Source: Alphaproteobacteria bacterium
GTDB lineage: Bacteria; Pseudomonadota; Alphaproteobacteria; UBA828
Direction: 5' to 3'
NCBI GenBank assembly: GCA_009691045.1
Contig: SHWC01000003.1
Coordinates: 7,995 to 71,994, forward strand
DNA length: 64,000 nt
This document shows, in pieces, positions 38,477 through 49,135 of the stretch. Position 1 is the first letter of the stretch. The number at the start of each line of letters is the position of its first letter. The notes below the pieces were generated by a model. The model saw only the letters and a list, made by a program, of their open reading frames with translations. It ran no database searches and was not told where the DNA came from. The translations under genes were made by a program, and so were the position numbers.

Positions 38477-39211
38477 ATGGCCCTTGCCCCTTCTTATGGT
38501 GCGCCGGCGCCGGTTCCCCGGCACGTCGCCATCATCATGGATGGCAATGGTCGTTGGGCGAAGGCGAGGGGCTTGCCACGCATCGCGGGCCACCATCAAG
38601 GCGTCGAGGCCGTGCGTCGTTGCGTGCAGTCGTGCACCGATCTTGGCATCGGCTATTTGACGATCTATGCGTTTTCTTCAGAAAACTGGAAGCGGCCGGC
38701 TGCCGAGGTCAATGACCTTATGGGCTTGCTGCGCGTCTATATTAGGCGCGAGGTCAGCGAATTGTCGCGCAATGGCGTGCGTATTCGTTTCATCGGCGAT
38801 CGGGGTCGTCTGGCGGCCGATATCAATCGGCTGATCGAAGAATCGGAAGAGCAGACAAAGGCGAACCGGCGCCTAACCCTGACGGTCGCGGTCAATTATG
38901 GCGGTCGACAAGAAATTCTCGATACGGTTCGCACCATCGCGCGCCGTGTCCGCGCTGGCGAGCTTGACCCTGAGATGATCGACGAGACGATGTTCGGCCG
39001 TGCGTTGCAGACCGCCGATACGCCGGACCCCGATCTCGTGATTCGCACCAGCGGCGAGCAGCGCGTGAGCAATTTTCTGCTCTGGCAGTCGGCCTATGCT
39101 GAGTTCGTTTTCACGCCGACGCTCTGGCCCGATTTCGGCCACGCCGACCTCGAAAGCGCGATCCGCGAATATCAAAGCCGTGAAAGACGCTACGGCGGCG
39201 CCGGCGGCTGA
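38477..39211 (+). CDS. uppS: Undecaprenyl diphosphate synthase
   Basis: [35 protein letters not shown]. Confidence 0.97.
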   Translation: MALAPSYGAPAPVPRHVAIIMDGNGRWAKARGLPRIAGHHQGVEAVRRCVQSCTDLGIGYLTIYAFSSENWKRPAAEVNDLMGLLRVYIRREVSELSRNGVRIRFIGDRGRLAADINRLIEESEEQTKANRRLTLTVAVNYGGRQEILDTVRTIARRVRAGELDPEMIDETMFGRALQTADTPDPDLVIRTSGEQRVSNFLLWQSAYAEFVFTPTLWPDFGHADLESAIREYQSRERRYGGAGG

Positions 39212-39923
39212 GCCGCCCCGTCCCGCGTCCGAGCTGAGGCGGCGCGTGCTTGCGGCCGTGCCGCTCGGGCTCGCCGCGCTCGGGCTCGGCTATCTAGGTG
39301 GCCCGGCCTTTTATGCGATTGTTGGGTTGGTCGCGGTCGGCATGGCCTATGAATGGCTGCGCCTTTGCTTCGGGCAAACGCCGTCGGGTCGAAAGGGCGT
39401 TGGGCCGGCCATGATCGGCCTCGGGTTTATTGTCCTTGTGGCCTTGGCGACTTCTTGGTTGCGCGGCGGCCTAAGCGATGGCCGGGCGCTCATACTCTGG
39501 CTCCTCCTCGTCGTATGGGCGACGGACAGCGGCGCCTATTTCGTCGGCCGCACGCTTAAAGGTCCGCGGCTCTGGCCGAAACTTAGCCCGAAGAAAACCT
39601 GGTCCGGGGCGATTGGCGGCCTATTATTAGCTATGATGGTGTCGATCGGGGTTGGTCATGGCGTCGCCGTGGCCGGTTGGACGGGCTCACCCTCGGTCGT
39701 CTGCCTGGTCTTCGCTGGATTGATGGCTGGGGTCCTCACACAAGCCGGCGATCTGCTCGAATCCGCTGCCAAGCGCCACTACGGGGTTAAGGATACCGGC
39801 GCCCTTATTCCGGGGCATGGCGGGCTTCTCGACCGGCTCGATGGATTCTCAACCGCGGCGCTGGGACTCGCTTTGGCGGTTCTTGGTGGTGGTGGGGAGG
39901 CCCTGATGTGGGCCGCTCACTAA
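39180..39923 (+). CDS. cdsA: Phosphatidate cytidylyltransferase (start uncertain)
   Basis: [39 protein letters not shown]. Confidence 0.93.
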   Translation: MKDATAAPAAEPPRPASELRRRVLAAVPLGLAALGLGYLGGPAFYAIVGLVAVGMAYEWLRLCFGQTPSGRKGVGPAMIGLGFIVLVALATSWLRGGLSDGRALILWLLLVVWATDSGAYFVGRTLKGPRLWPKLSPKKTWSGAIGGLLLAMMVSIGVGHGVAVAGWTGSPSVVCLVFAGLMAGVLTQAGDLLESAAKRHYGVKDTGALIPGHGGLLDRLDGFSTAALGLALAVLGGGGEALMWAAH

Positions 39924-39977
39924 CTATATTTGTTAGCTACGTCAAATAGTTGTCCGTTCAGTGCGGGCTCCCATAAC

Positions 39978-40006
39978 TTGCAAAAACGCGGTGTGGTCCC
40001 TATTAT
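39978..40006 (+). promoter_or_regulatory. Near-consensus sigma70 promoter upstream of rseP
   Basis: TTGCAA-N17-TATTAT. Confidence 0.65.
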
Positions 40007-40120
40007 CCCGCGTCGCATCTACGTCGATTCGCGGCGGGGCGAAGTGACGGCGCCAAAGACGACATAAGAGCGAGGACGAACGGCCGAGCTTAGGGTATTG
40101 GGTGAGGCCTTCGGATCGAC

Positions 40121-41245
40121 ATGGAACTCATTTCAAGTATTTGGGGTTATGCGTGGCCATTCTTAGCCACGATCACCGTCATCGTGTTTGTCCACGAGCT
40201 CGGCCATTATTTGGTCGCACGCGCCAATGGTGTGCGCATTGAAGTATTTTCGATCGGCTTCGGCCCCGAACTTTTCGGCTTCCGCGACAGTCATGGTACG
40301 CGTTGGAAGCTCAGCCTGTTGCCGCTCGGCGGCTATGTGAAGTTCTTTGGCGATGCCAATGTGGCGAGTGGCGCAAAAGATCCTGCGACATTCGTGCCCA
40401 TTGAGGAAGATCGTCGGGTTTCATTTTATCACAAGCGGGTCGGGCAGCGCGCCGCGGTTGTGGTTGGCGGCCCGCTTGGCAATTTTGTGTTTGCGATCAT
40501 CGTGTTTGCCTTCCTCTTTGGTTTTGTCGGCGAACGGTACACGGCGCCGGACATTGTTGATGTGTTGCCCGGGGGCGCCGCCGAATCGGCTGGGATTAAG
40601 CCGGGTGATCGCCTGATTGCAATTCAAGGCCAGCCGGTCGAACGCTTTGAAGACCTTCAAAGTGTCGTTGAGACCAACCCTGGCACACCGCTTTCGATCG
40701 TCGTGCGTCGTGGTGAAGCGGAGATCGCGCTGACCGCGATCCCGGAGCTCACGCAAGTTACCGACGGATTTGGCGGCACGCGGCAAATTGGACGCTTGGG
40801 CGTAAAGGGCGGCCAGGTGGCGTTCCGCGAGGTCGGCACGGGCGAAGCGATGTGGGGCGCGGTTCGCGAAACCTTCACCATTGCGATCAGCACGCTGAAA
40901 GCGGTTGGACAGATGATTAGCGGTTCGCGCTCGACCGAAGAGCTCGGCGGTCCGATCCAAATTGGCCGTATGTCGGGGGAAATCGCGAAGGACGGGGCCT
41001 TTTTCAGCCTCATCTATTTCATGGCGATCCTCTCGATCAATCTTGGCCTAATCAACCTGTTCCCCGTGCCAATGCTGGACGGTGGGCATTTGATCTTCTA
41101 TGTTTGGGAAGCGATTGCAGGGCGGCCACTAAAACCGCGCGTGCAGGAAATTGGAATGCGCGTGGGTTTTGTGTTGGTCATTGCATTGATGGTCTGGGTG
41201 ACAAGCAAAGATCTTATTCGTCTCGGCGTGTTGGACTTGTTCTGA
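40121..41245 (+). CDS. rseP: RIP metalloprotease RseP
   Basis: HELGH, FSIGFGP, one PDZ domain, NLFPVPMLDGG. Confidence 0.96.
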   Translation: MELISSIWGYAWPFLATITVIVFVHELGHYLVARANGVRIEVFSIGFGPELFGFRDSHGTRWKLSLLPLGGYVKFFGDANVASGAKDPATFVPIEEDRRVSFYHKRVGQRAAVVVGGPLGNFVFAIIVFAFLFGFVGERYTAPDIVDVLPGGAAESAGIKPGDRLIAIQGQPVERFEDLQSVVETNPGTPLSIVVRRGEAEIALTAIPELTQVTDGFGGTRQIGRLGVKGGQVAFREVGTGEAMWGAVRETFTIAISTLKAVGQMISGSRSTEELGGPIQIGRMSGEIAKDGAFFSLIYFMAILSINLGLINLFPVPMLDGGHLIFYVWEAIAGRPLKPRVQEIGMRVGFVLVIALMVWVTSKDLIRLGVLDLF

Positions 41246-41258
41246 GGCGAGGCCGAAT

Positions 41259-43589
41259 GTGCTGACGCCCAGGCGGCGTAGTCCAACATCTCAGTTGACC
41301 CTGGGCATTCTTCTCGCCCTCGCGCTTGGTTTTGGCGTCGGGGTTGGAACGCAGTCCGCGTGGGCGCAAGAGGCAGAGACCAGCACTGAAGCCGTCGGTA
41401 CGATCGGCGCCATCGCGATTGAGGGCAATGAGCGTATCGAGGCGGAGACCGTCCGTTCCTATTTTTCGATCGGCGTGGGCGATCCCTTCGATGGCGGCAC
41501 GGTCAACAAAGCGCTGAAGGCGCTGTTTGCCACGGGCCTGTTCGCCGACGTGACGATCCGTCGCGAGGGGGGCACCCTCGTGGTGCGCGTGGTTGAGAAC
41601 CCGATCATCAACCGGGTGGCCTTCGAGGGTAATCGCAAGATCGACGATACTGCGCTGTCGGCCGAGGTTCAGTTGAAGGCGCGCGTTGTCTATACCCGGC
41701 CACGCGTTCAAAGCGACGTTCAGCGCATCCTTGAGATCTACCGGCGAAGCGGCCGATTTGCGGCCAAAGTCGATCCCAAGATCGTGCCGCTGCCGCAAAA
41801 CCGTGTCGATCTCATTTTTGAAATCGACGAGGGGCCGGTGACCGGCATCACGCGGATCAGCTTTGTTGGGAACAAAAAGTTTGGTGATAGCGAGCTGCGC
41901 ACTGAGATCGAGACGCGTGAAAGCGCGTGGTATCGCTTCTTCACCAGCGACGACACCTATGACCCAGATCGCTTGACGTTCGATCGCGAGCTCCTGCGTA
42001 AATTCTACTTGAAAGAGGGCTACGCCGATTTTCGCGTTCTTTCAGCGGTCGCGGAATTGACGCCGGATCAAGACGGCTTCCTCGTGACGTTTACTGTGGA
42101 GGAGGGTGAGCGGTACAATTTCGGCAAAATCGACATCGAGAGCAAACTGAAGGGGATCGACGTCGAAACCTTGAAACCGCAGCTGACCACGTTCGAAAAC
42201 GAAATCTACAACGCGGATGAGGTCGAAAAATCGATCCTTGCGCTGACCGATGCGGTCGGAAACTTCGGCTATGCCTTCGTCGATATCGAACCGGCGGTTA
42301 AGCGAGACCGTGAAAAGCGAATCATCGATTTGACCTACCAAATCGCCGAGGGGCCGCGTGTTTATGTCGATCGTATCGAAATCATCGGCAATGTGCGGAC
42401 GCTCGATAAGGTGATCCGGCGTGAATTCCGCTTGGTTGAGGGCGATGCCTTCAACGCGGCAAAGGTGCGGCGTTCGCGCGATCGGATCCGCGGGCTCGGC
42501 TTCTTTGAGACGGTCGACGTTCAGGCCTCGCCAGGTGAGCAGCCCGATCGTTCGGTGGTGACGGTCGCGGTGCAGGAGAAATCGACCGGCGAATTGAGTT
42601 TTGGCGCGGGCTTTTCGACGGCCGACGGGCCGTTGGCCGATATCAGCATCACCGAGCGCAATTTGGTCGGCAAAGGGCAAGATTTGCGGTTGGGCTTTAC
42701 GATCTCGGCACGCCGTCAAGAGGTCGATCTATCCTTCACCGAGCCCTATTTCCTTGACCGCAACATGTCGGCCGGCGTCGACCTATTCCATCGCATCACG
42801 GACTTTCAGTCCGAGAGTTCGTATGATGAAAAGAACTCCGGGATTGGGCTACGAACCGGCTACTCGATCGCCGAGGATTTGTCACACAGCGTCAATTATC
42901 GCTTGAGCTTCGATGAGATTCGCAACATTCGGAGCGATGCCTCCCGATTTATTCGGGCGCAGGAGGGCAACTCCACCAAATCGCTGGTCGGGCACAGTCT
43001 GCTTTATGATCGTCGCAATAACCGGCAAGAACCTAGTTCTGGATACTATGCAGGATTTGGCCAGGATTTTGCCGGCGTCGGCGGCGACGTGAATTACCTT
43101 AAGAACACCGTCCGCGCGGGATATTATTACCCGATAACCGAGGATTTCGTTGCGTCGGTCTCGGGTCGCGCCGGCTATATGTTCGGCCTGTTCGGCGATG
43201 ATGTACGGGTCAATGACCGCTTCAATCTCGGTGGCGTGAACCTACGAGGTTTCGCCTCCAGTGGCGTAGGGCCACGCGATCTCAACACGGATGACGCGTT
43301 GGGCGGCAATGTGCTTTACACAACGACCCTTGAGATAAGTATGCCGCTTCGTTTCATCGATGACGTAGATATTCGGGGGCGGATATTCAATGATGTTGGC
43401 AGCCTGTTTAAGGTCGAAGACGAGGGCAATGAGATTGCCGATATCAGCAGCCCGCGCGCTTCCGGCGGTGTCGGGTTCACTTACGTATCTCCGTTCGGTC
43501 CGATCCGGGTCGACTTGGCCCAAGCCTATCTCAAGCAAAATTTCGACAAGACGGAGATCTTTCGGTTCAGCTTTGGCACGAGGTTCTAA
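41259..43589 (+). CDS. bamA: Outer membrane protein assembly factor BamA
   Basis: Signal peptide, POTRA repeats, LRGF motif, C-terminal FSFGTRF. Confidence 0.96.
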   Translation: MLTPRRRSPTSQLTLGILLALALGFGVGVGTQSAWAQEAETSTEAVGTIGAIAIEGNERIEAETVRSYFSIGVGDPFDGGTVNKALKALFATGLFADVTIRREGGTLVVRVVENPIINRVAFEGNRKIDDTALSAEVQLKARVVYTRPRVQSDVQRILEIYRRSGRFAAKVDPKIVPLPQNRVDLIFEIDEGPVTGITRISFVGNKKFGDSELRTEIETRESAWYRFFTSDDTYDPDRLTFDRELLRKFYLKEGYADFRVLSAVAELTPDQDGFLVTFTVEEGERYNFGKIDIESKLKGIDVETLKPQLTTFENEIYNADEVEKSILALTDAVGNFGYAFVDIEPAVKRDREKRIIDLTYQIAEGPRVYVDRIEIIGNVRTLDKVIRREFRLVEGDAFNAAKVRRSRDRIRGLGFFETVDVQASPGEQPDRSVVTVAVQEKSTGELSFGAGFSTADGPLADISITERNLVGKGQDLRLGFTISARRQEVDLSFTEPYFLDRNMSAGVDLFHRITDFQSESSYDEKNSGIGLRTGYSIAEDLSHSVNYRLSFDEIRNIRSDASRFIRAQEGNSTKSLVGHSLLYDRRNNRQEPSSGYYAGFGQDFAGVGGDVNYLKNTVRAGYYYPITEDFVASVSGRAGYMFGLFGDDVRVNDRFNLGGVNLRGFASSGVGPRDLNTDDALGGNVLYTTTLEISMPLRFIDDVDIRGRIFNDVGSLFKVEDEGNEIADISSPRASGGVGFTYVSPFGPIRVDLAQAYLKQNFDKTEIFRFSFGTRF

Positions 43590-44170
43590 TGGCGCGCGTC
43601 GCGTTTGCTTTTGCGTTCTTGGTTGCGGTGCTTCTTGGTGTGCAGTTTGGTGGCGGGACGGCCAGCGCCGCCGCTGCACCGGCTGTGATTGGCGTGGTCG
43701 ATGTCCAGGTGATCCTGCGTGATTCGACCGCCATGAAGGCGATCCAATCTCAGGTCGAGGAAAAGCGCGGCCAATATCAGACCGATATCTCCGGTCAGGA
43801 GAAGCGTCTGCGCGAGCAGGAGCAAGAGCTGAAGCGCCAGCAAACCGTGTTGGCGGCTGATGCATTCGAGGCCAAGCGGCGCGATTTCGAGGCGCAGGTA
43901 GCGGCGGTTCAGCGCGATGTGGCGGAGCGTCGACGCACGCTTGACCAAGCCTATGGCGAAGGCCTCAAAGTGGTGCAGAAGGAATTGACGGCGATCATCG
44001 CGGCGCTCGCCAAGGAGCGGGGCTTCACGCTCGTTCTGCCCACCGGTCAGACCCTCTATGCCGAGCCCGCGCTCGCCATCACCGACGAAGCGTTGAAGCG
44101 GCTCAATAAGAAATTGACCACCGTGACGCTGCAATTCACGGCGCCCGCCGCCAAGTCAAAACAGAAATGA
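43589..44170 (+). CDS. skp: OmpH/Skp periplasmic chaperone
   Basis: Signal peptide, IGVVD, coiled coil, ITDE.LKRLN; lies between bamA and lpxD. Confidence 0.88.
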   Translation: MARVAFAFAFLVAVLLGVQFGGGTASAAAAPAVIGVVDVQVILRDSTAMKAIQSQVEEKRGQYQTDISGQEKRLREQEQELKRQQTVLAADAFEAKRRDFEAQVAAVQRDVAERRRTLDQAYGEGLKVVQKELTAIIAALAKERGFTLVLPTGQTLYAEPALAITDEALKRLNKKLTTVTLQFTAPAAKSKQK

Positions 44171-44174
44171 GGCC

Positions 44175-45194
44175 ATGGCCGATCCGCTGTTTCATCGGCG
44201 CGCTGGACCGTTTCGACTTGGTTTGATCGCCGAGCGCATAGGCGCGCGGCTTTCAGAAGGGGCAAACCCCAATAGGCTGATCATGGACGTTGCGCCGCTC
44301 CAAAGCGCGAGCGCCGACGACCTCAGCTTTTTGGACAACGCGGCCTATGTTGAGGCGTTCGCGGCGAGCCGGGCCGGGGCCTGTATTGTTAGCGCGGCCC
44401 ATGCGGCGCGCGCGCCGGCTGGCATGGCGCTCTTGGTTTCGGAGCGGCCCTATCGGGCCTATGCGCGGGCCGCGCAGACCTTCTATCCACGTCAACCGCC
44501 GGAGCCGAAGATCGCGCCAAGCGCGGCGATCGATCCTTCCGCCCAATTGGGGCCTGGCTGCCGCGTCGAGCCCGGCGCCGTGATCGGCGCTGACGTGGTC
44601 ATTGGTGCGCGAACGTTGATCGGGGCCAATGTCGTGATAGGCCCGGGCGTGTCGATTGGGGATGACAGTACGATCGGGGCCTGTGCTTCTCTGAGCCATT
44701 GCATCGTTGGTGCGCGGGTTCTGATCTATCCCGGCGTTCGCATCGGGCAGGACGGTTTCGGCTTCGCACCCGATCCAAGTGGCCACATCAAAGTGCCGCA
44801 GCTTGGACGCGTTATGATCCATGACGATGTCGAGATCGGCGCCAATACCACGATCGACCGGGGCTCCGGTCCCGACACGGTGATTGGGGCCGGCTCGTTT
44901 ATCGACAATTTGGTGCAGATCGGGCACAACGTGGTGCTTGGGCGGGGGTGCGTGATTGTCGCGCAAGTCGGCCTGTCGGGAAGTACGAAGCTAGGCGATT
45001 TTGTGGTCATGGGGGGGCAAGTCGGCGTTGCCGGCCACCTGAATATCGGCACGGGCGCCAAGCTCGCCGCCAAGGCGGGAGTAACACGCGACGTACCGCC
45101 CGGTCAGGCCTATGGTGGGTTCCCGGCGGTGCCGATTCGCGAGTGGCACCGCCAAACCGCCACCCTATCGAAACTGAGCAGGAAGCCCAGGTGA
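44175..45194 (+). CDS. lpxD: UDP-3-O-acyl-glucosamine N-acyltransferase
   Basis: Hexapeptide repeats, [26 protein letters not shown]. Confidence 0.96.
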   Translation: MADPLFHRRAGPFRLGLIAERIGARLSEGANPNRLIMDVAPLQSASADDLSFLDNAAYVEAFAASRAGACIVSAAHAARAPAGMALLVSERPYRAYARAAQTFYPRQPPEPKIAPSAAIDPSAQLGPGCRVEPGAVIGADVVIGARTLIGANVVIGPGVSIGDDSTIGACASLSHCIVGARVLIYPGVRIGQDGFGFAPDPSGHIKVPQLGRVMIHDDVEIGANTTIDRGSGPDTVIGAGSFIDNLVQIGHNVVLGRGCVIVAQVGLSGSTKLGDFVVMGGQVGVAGHLNIGTGAKLAAKAGVTRDVPPGQAYGGFPAVPIREWHRQTATLSKLSRKPR

Positions 45195-45199
45195 AGGCA

Positions 45200-45679
45200 A
45201 TGAACGAAACCGAGGCCGGGCCGAAATTGGCCGTCTACGGTCAATACGATATCGAGGCCATCATTGCCGCGATTCCGCACCGCTATCCGTTTTTGATGAT
45301 CGATCGGGTGGTTGACCTCGTGTCGGACACGAGCGCGGTCGGCATAAAGAACGTTTCGATCAATGAGAATTATTTCCAGGGGCACTTCCCTCGGCGTCCG
45401 GTGATGCCGGGCGTGCTCATTATCGAATCTATGGCGCAGACCGCGGCCGTGTTGGTTATGCATACGCTTGGCGCGGCATCGGCCGGCAAGCTGGTTTATT
45501 TCATGTCGGTCGACAATGCGCGCTTTCGCCGGCCCGTCGTGCCCGGCGATCAATTGCGCGTTGCCGTCAAAAAGAAGCAGCGGCGCCTTTCGGTCTGGAA
45601 GTTCGAGGCTGAGGCAAACGTCGACGGCCGCGTGGTCGCGGAAGCAACGTTCGCCGCCATGATTTTGGAGAATGATTGA
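45200..45679 (+). CDS. fabZ: 3-hydroxyacyl-ACP dehydratase
   Basis: PHRYPFL.ID, FQGHFP..PVMPGVL..E.MAQ. Confidence 0.96.
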   Translation: MNETEAGPKLAVYGQYDIEAIIAAIPHRYPFLMIDRVVDLVSDTSAVGIKNVSINENYFQGHFPRRPVMPGVLIIESMAQTAAVLVMHTLGAASAGKLVYFMSVDNARFRRPVVPGDQLRVAVKKKQRRLSVWKFEAEANVDGRVVAEATFAAMILEND

Positions 45680-46476
45680 TGGCGGCGATTCACGCGACCG
45701 CCATTATCGAGCCCGGCGCGAAACTTGGCGCCGATGTATCGATGGGTCCCTATTGCATCGTCGGGCGCCATGTCGAGCTCGACGACAATGTCGAATTGGT
45801 TTCGCATGTCACCATTGCCGGGCACACCAAGATTGGGGCGCGCACCCGCATCTACCCGTTTGCATCGATCGGCCACCCGCCGCAGGACCTCAAATATAAG
45901 GGCGAACCGTCGCGTCTCGTCATCGGCATGGATAACACGATCCGCGAACATGTGACGATGAGCCCGGGCACCGGGGGCGGTGGTATGCTGACGTCGGTTG
46001 GCGATCATGGCCTGTTCATGGTGGCCTCTCACGTCGCGCATGATTGCCATGTCGGTAATCACGTTGTGTTGGCCAATAACGCGACGATCGGTGGTCATGT
46101 GGTGCTCGAGGATTGGGTCATATTGGGCGGCCTCGCTGCGGTCCATCAATTCGTGCGCATCGGCAAGCACGCGATCATCGGCGGCATGTCCGGCGTCGAG
46201 AACGACGTCATCCCCTATGGCTCGGTGATGGGTGATCGGGCGCGCCTAGCGGGGCTTAATGTCGTTGGATTGAAGCGGCGGGGCTTCGACCGCGATGCGC
46301 TGCATGATATTCGCCGCGCGTTTCGATTGTTGTTCGCGGACGAGGGCACCATGGCCGAGCGATTGACCGATGTGGCCGAATTGTTCCCCGACAATGAGCC
46401 GGTCATGGAGATCGTGCGTTTCATCCAGACGGCGAGCGAGCGGGCGATCTGCCAGCCGCGCCGTAACGCGGCCTAA
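45679..46476 (+). CDS. lpxA: UDP-N-acetylglucosamine O-acyltransferase
   Basis: IHATAII, PQDLKY, HVAHDC, VHQF. Confidence 0.96.
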   Translation: MAAIHATAIIEPGAKLGADVSMGPYCIVGRHVELDDNVELVSHVTIAGHTKIGARTRIYPFASIGHPPQDLKYKGEPSRLVIGMDNTIREHVTMSPGTGGGGMLTSVGDHGLFMVASHVAHDCHVGNHVVLANNATIGGHVVLEDWVILGGLAAVHQFVRIGKHAIIGGMSGVENDVIPYGSVMGDRARLAGLNVVGLKRRGFDRDALHDIRRAFRLLFADEGTMAERLTDVAELFPDNEPVMEIVRFIQTASERAICQPRRNAA

Positions 46477-46492
46477 CCATTCGATTGTCGGC

Positions 46493-47320
46493 ATGGCAGA
46501 GGCGGTCAAGCTCGGTGTGATCGCCGGTGGCGGGCCCTTGCCACGGGGCGTGGTTGAGCGTTGTCAGGCAAGTGGACGGCCGGTTTTTGTCGTCGCGATC
46601 GAAGGCGATACCGAGCTGGCGACTTGCGTTGGCGTGCCCCATGTTTGGCTCAAACTCGGTTCCGTTGGCGCGCTGTTGAAGGCGTTGAAAGCTGAACGCT
46701 GTGTCGACGTCGTCATGATCGGGCCGATCGCGCGTCCCTCGTTCAGCGCCCTCAAACTCGATCTGCGCGGCATCGGGCTTTTGGCGAAGATTGGCAAAGC
46801 GGCCGCGCAAGGCGATAACGCGTTGCTCGCCATTGTTGTTGGCGAGCTCGAACGCGAAGGCTTCAACGTGGTTGGCGCGGACGATTTGCTCGACGATGCG
46901 ACGACGCCAAAGGGCGTGCTCGGCAAGATCGCGCCCGATGAGATTGCGCGTCGCGATATCGACATCGGATGCCGCGCGGCACGCCAACTCGGCATTGCCG
47001 ATATCGGTCAGGCGGTCATCGTGCAGCAAGGGGTGGTGCTCGGCGTCGAGGCGATCGAGGGGACCGACGCCTTGATCGAGCGATGCGGCCGATTGAGGCG
47101 CGATGGACTTGGTGGCGTTCTCATTAAAATGAAAAAACCGGGGCAGGAAGCACGCGCCGATTTGCCGACCATCGGGCGGCGCACGATCGAGGGTTTGGCG
47201 GTGGCCGGCTTGCGCGGCGTTGCGCTCGAGGCCGGTGGGTCGCTGATCGTCGATCGCGCTGGCGTGATCGACGAGGCCGATCGGCGGGGTGTGTTTGTCA
47301 TCGGGGTCGTGCCGCCATGA
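46493..47320 (+). CDS. lpxI: UDP-2,3-diacylglucosamine diphosphatase LpxI
   Basis: IAGGG.LP, DIGQA, EAIEGTD, DLPTIG; lies between lpxA and lpxB. Confidence 0.92.
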   Translation: MAEAVKLGVIAGGGPLPRGVVERCQASGRPVFVVAIEGDTELATCVGVPHVWLKLGSVGALLKALKAERCVDVVMIGPIARPSFSALKLDLRGIGLLAKIGKAAAQGDNALLAIVVGELEREGFNVVGADDLLDDATTPKGVLGKIAPDEIARRDIDIGCRAARQLGIADIGQAVIVQQGVVLGVEAIEGTDALIERCGRLRRDGLGGVLIKMKKPGQEARADLPTIGRRTIEGLAVAGLRGVALEAGGSLIVDRAGVIDEADRRGVFVIGVVPP

Positions 47321-48495
47321 ACCAAGGGGCGGCGGCGCCGCTCATTTTTCTGGTGGCGGGGGAAGCCTCGGGCGACGTGATTGGCGGGCATTTGATGGCG
47401 GCGCTTAAGCGGCGAACCGGCGGTGCGGTGCGCTTTGCCGGGGTTGGCGGGCCGCGCATGATCGGTGAGGGGCTCATCAGCCAATTTCCGATCGCAGAAT
47501 TGGGGGTTATGGGTTTGGCGGAAGTGGTGCCGCACATCCCGCGCCTGTTGCGGCGAATTCGTGAAGTCGCCGAGAACGCACATCGTCTCCGCCCGGCTGT
47601 CGTCGTGACGATTGATTCGCCCGATTTTTCCTTTCGAGTGCAGAAGCGGCTGCACAAGAGTGGCCTTCGCCGCATTCATATCGTGGCGCCGCAGGTGTGG
47701 GCGTATCGGCCCGGGCGCGCGGCAAAGCTCTCCGCCTTCATCGACCATCTGCTCGTTTTGCTGCCGTTTGAGCCGCCGTTTTTCGAGCGTCACGGCCTTG
47801 CTTGCAGCTTCATGGGTCACCCGGCGATCGAAGAGGGGTTGGGCAGTGGTGACCCGGCGGCCTTCCGCGCGCGGTACGGCATCGCACCCCAAGCGCCAAT
47901 CGTGGTTCTATTGCCCGGCAGTCGGCGTAGCGAGGTCGCGCGCATGTTGCCGGTTTTCGCCGCGGCGGCGAAGCGTCTTCGGGCGGCGCACCCCGATCTC
48001 CAGATCGTGTTGCTTAGCGTCTCGCATTTGGTAATTTTCGTGCGCGAGCTTCTCGTGCGGTTCGGTCTTGAGGCGCTGGTGGTCGAAGGGCGCGCGGATA
48101 AGCTTGGGGCCTTTGCCGCCGGGCGGGTGGCTTTGGCCGCCTCGGGCACGGTCACGCTCGAACTTGGCCTGGCCGGCCTTCCCATGGTGGTTGGCTATCG
48201 AATGAACCCTTTGACCGCCGCCATTGCCCGCCGCGTTGTGCGGGTGCCGCATGTCGCGATGGTCAACCTCATTCTCGGCCGCGCGCTGGTGCCCGAATTA
48301 TTGCTCGGCGCTTGTACACCGGAGCGTCTCACACCGGCGCTTGACGAGCTTTTGGTTGACGGCGCCGCTCGGCGTGCTCAAATCGATGGCTTCAAGGAGG
48401 TCGCTCAGCGACTTAGAGCGGGCGAGAGCGTGCCAAGTGAGCAGGCGGCCGGGCTTATTTTAAATCTGATCGGCCCTCGGGCCGGGGGCAAATAA
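47317..48495 (+). CDS. lpxB: Lipid-A-disaccharide synthase
   Basis: AGEASGD, IDSPDF, APQVWA, LLPGSR, ASGTVTLE. Confidence 0.96.
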   Translation: MNQGAAAPLIFLVAGEASGDVIGGHLMAALKRRTGGAVRFAGVGGPRMIGEGLISQFPIAELGVMGLAEVVPHIPRLLRRIREVAENAHRLRPAVVVTIDSPDFSFRVQKRLHKSGLRRIHIVAPQVWAYRPGRAAKLSAFIDHLLVLLPFEPPFFERHGLACSFMGHPAIEEGLGSGDPAAFRARYGIAPQAPIVVLLPGSRRSEVARMLPVFAAAAKRLRAAHPDLQIVLLSVSHLVIFVRELLVRFGLEALVVEGRADKLGAFAAGRVALAASGTVTLELGLAGLPMVVGYRMNPLTAAIARRVVRVPHVAMVNLILGRALVPELLLGACTPERLTPALDELLVDGAARRAQIDGFKEVAQRLRAGESVPSEQAAGLILNLIGPRAGGK

Positions 48496-48510
48496 TAGAG
48501 GGAGACCTTA

Positions 48511-48924
48511 ATGGCGAACGCGGCAGCGACAGGCCTGGGAGCGTGCATCCTCCACACCATGATTCGAGTGAAGGATCTCGATCGTTCGCTCGATTTTTAT
48601 ACCCGGCTCCTCGGCATGAAACTCTTGCGCAAAAATGACTATCCGGGTGGCCGCTTCACGCTGGCGTTTGTCGGTTTTGGCGACGAGGCCTCGAGCGCCG
48701 TGATCGAGCTGACACACAATTGGGATCAGGCCGAGCCCTATAGTCTCGGGTCCGGATTCGGCCATGTTGCGATCGGCGTGCCCGATATCTATGGCACGTG
48801 CAAGGCGCTCGAGGCCGAGGGCGTCAAGATCCCACGCCCGCCGGGGCCGATGAAGCACGGCTCGACCGTGATCGCCTTCGTCGAAGATCCGGACGGCTAC
48901 AAGATCGAATTGATCGCGCGCTGA
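48511..48924 (+). CDS. gloA: Lactoylglutathione lyase
   Basis: LHTMIRV, IELTHNW, GFGHVAI, DPDGYKIELI. Confidence 0.94.
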   Translation: MANAAATGLGACILHTMIRVKDLDRSLDFYTRLLGMKLLRKNDYPGGRFTLAFVGFGDEASSAVIELTHNWDQAEPYSLGSGFGHVAIGVPDIYGTCKALEAEGVKIPRPPGPMKHGSTVIAFVEDPDGYKIELIAR

Positions 48925-49135
48925 GCGAGCTTAAATTAGCAGCAACCCGGCGATCAGGCCGCCGAGCGCGGCCGAGGCGGACGTGACTGCGATGAACCGC
49001 CGGGTGCCGGTCAGGTGAAGGCGCGGCGGCGCGTTATCATTGGCGGCGGGCGCGAGCCCACGCGCGCGATGGGCGCCGCCCAACGCCGGGTTGCTGAGGC
49101 GCGGCTTGTGGCCGCGCCCTGATTTCTCGGCGCTT

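Noticed and set aside
40010..40120. Riboswitch in the rseP leader
   Set aside because: Only generic GC-rich pairing is visible and I recognise no aptamer consensus. An Rfam scan would settle it.
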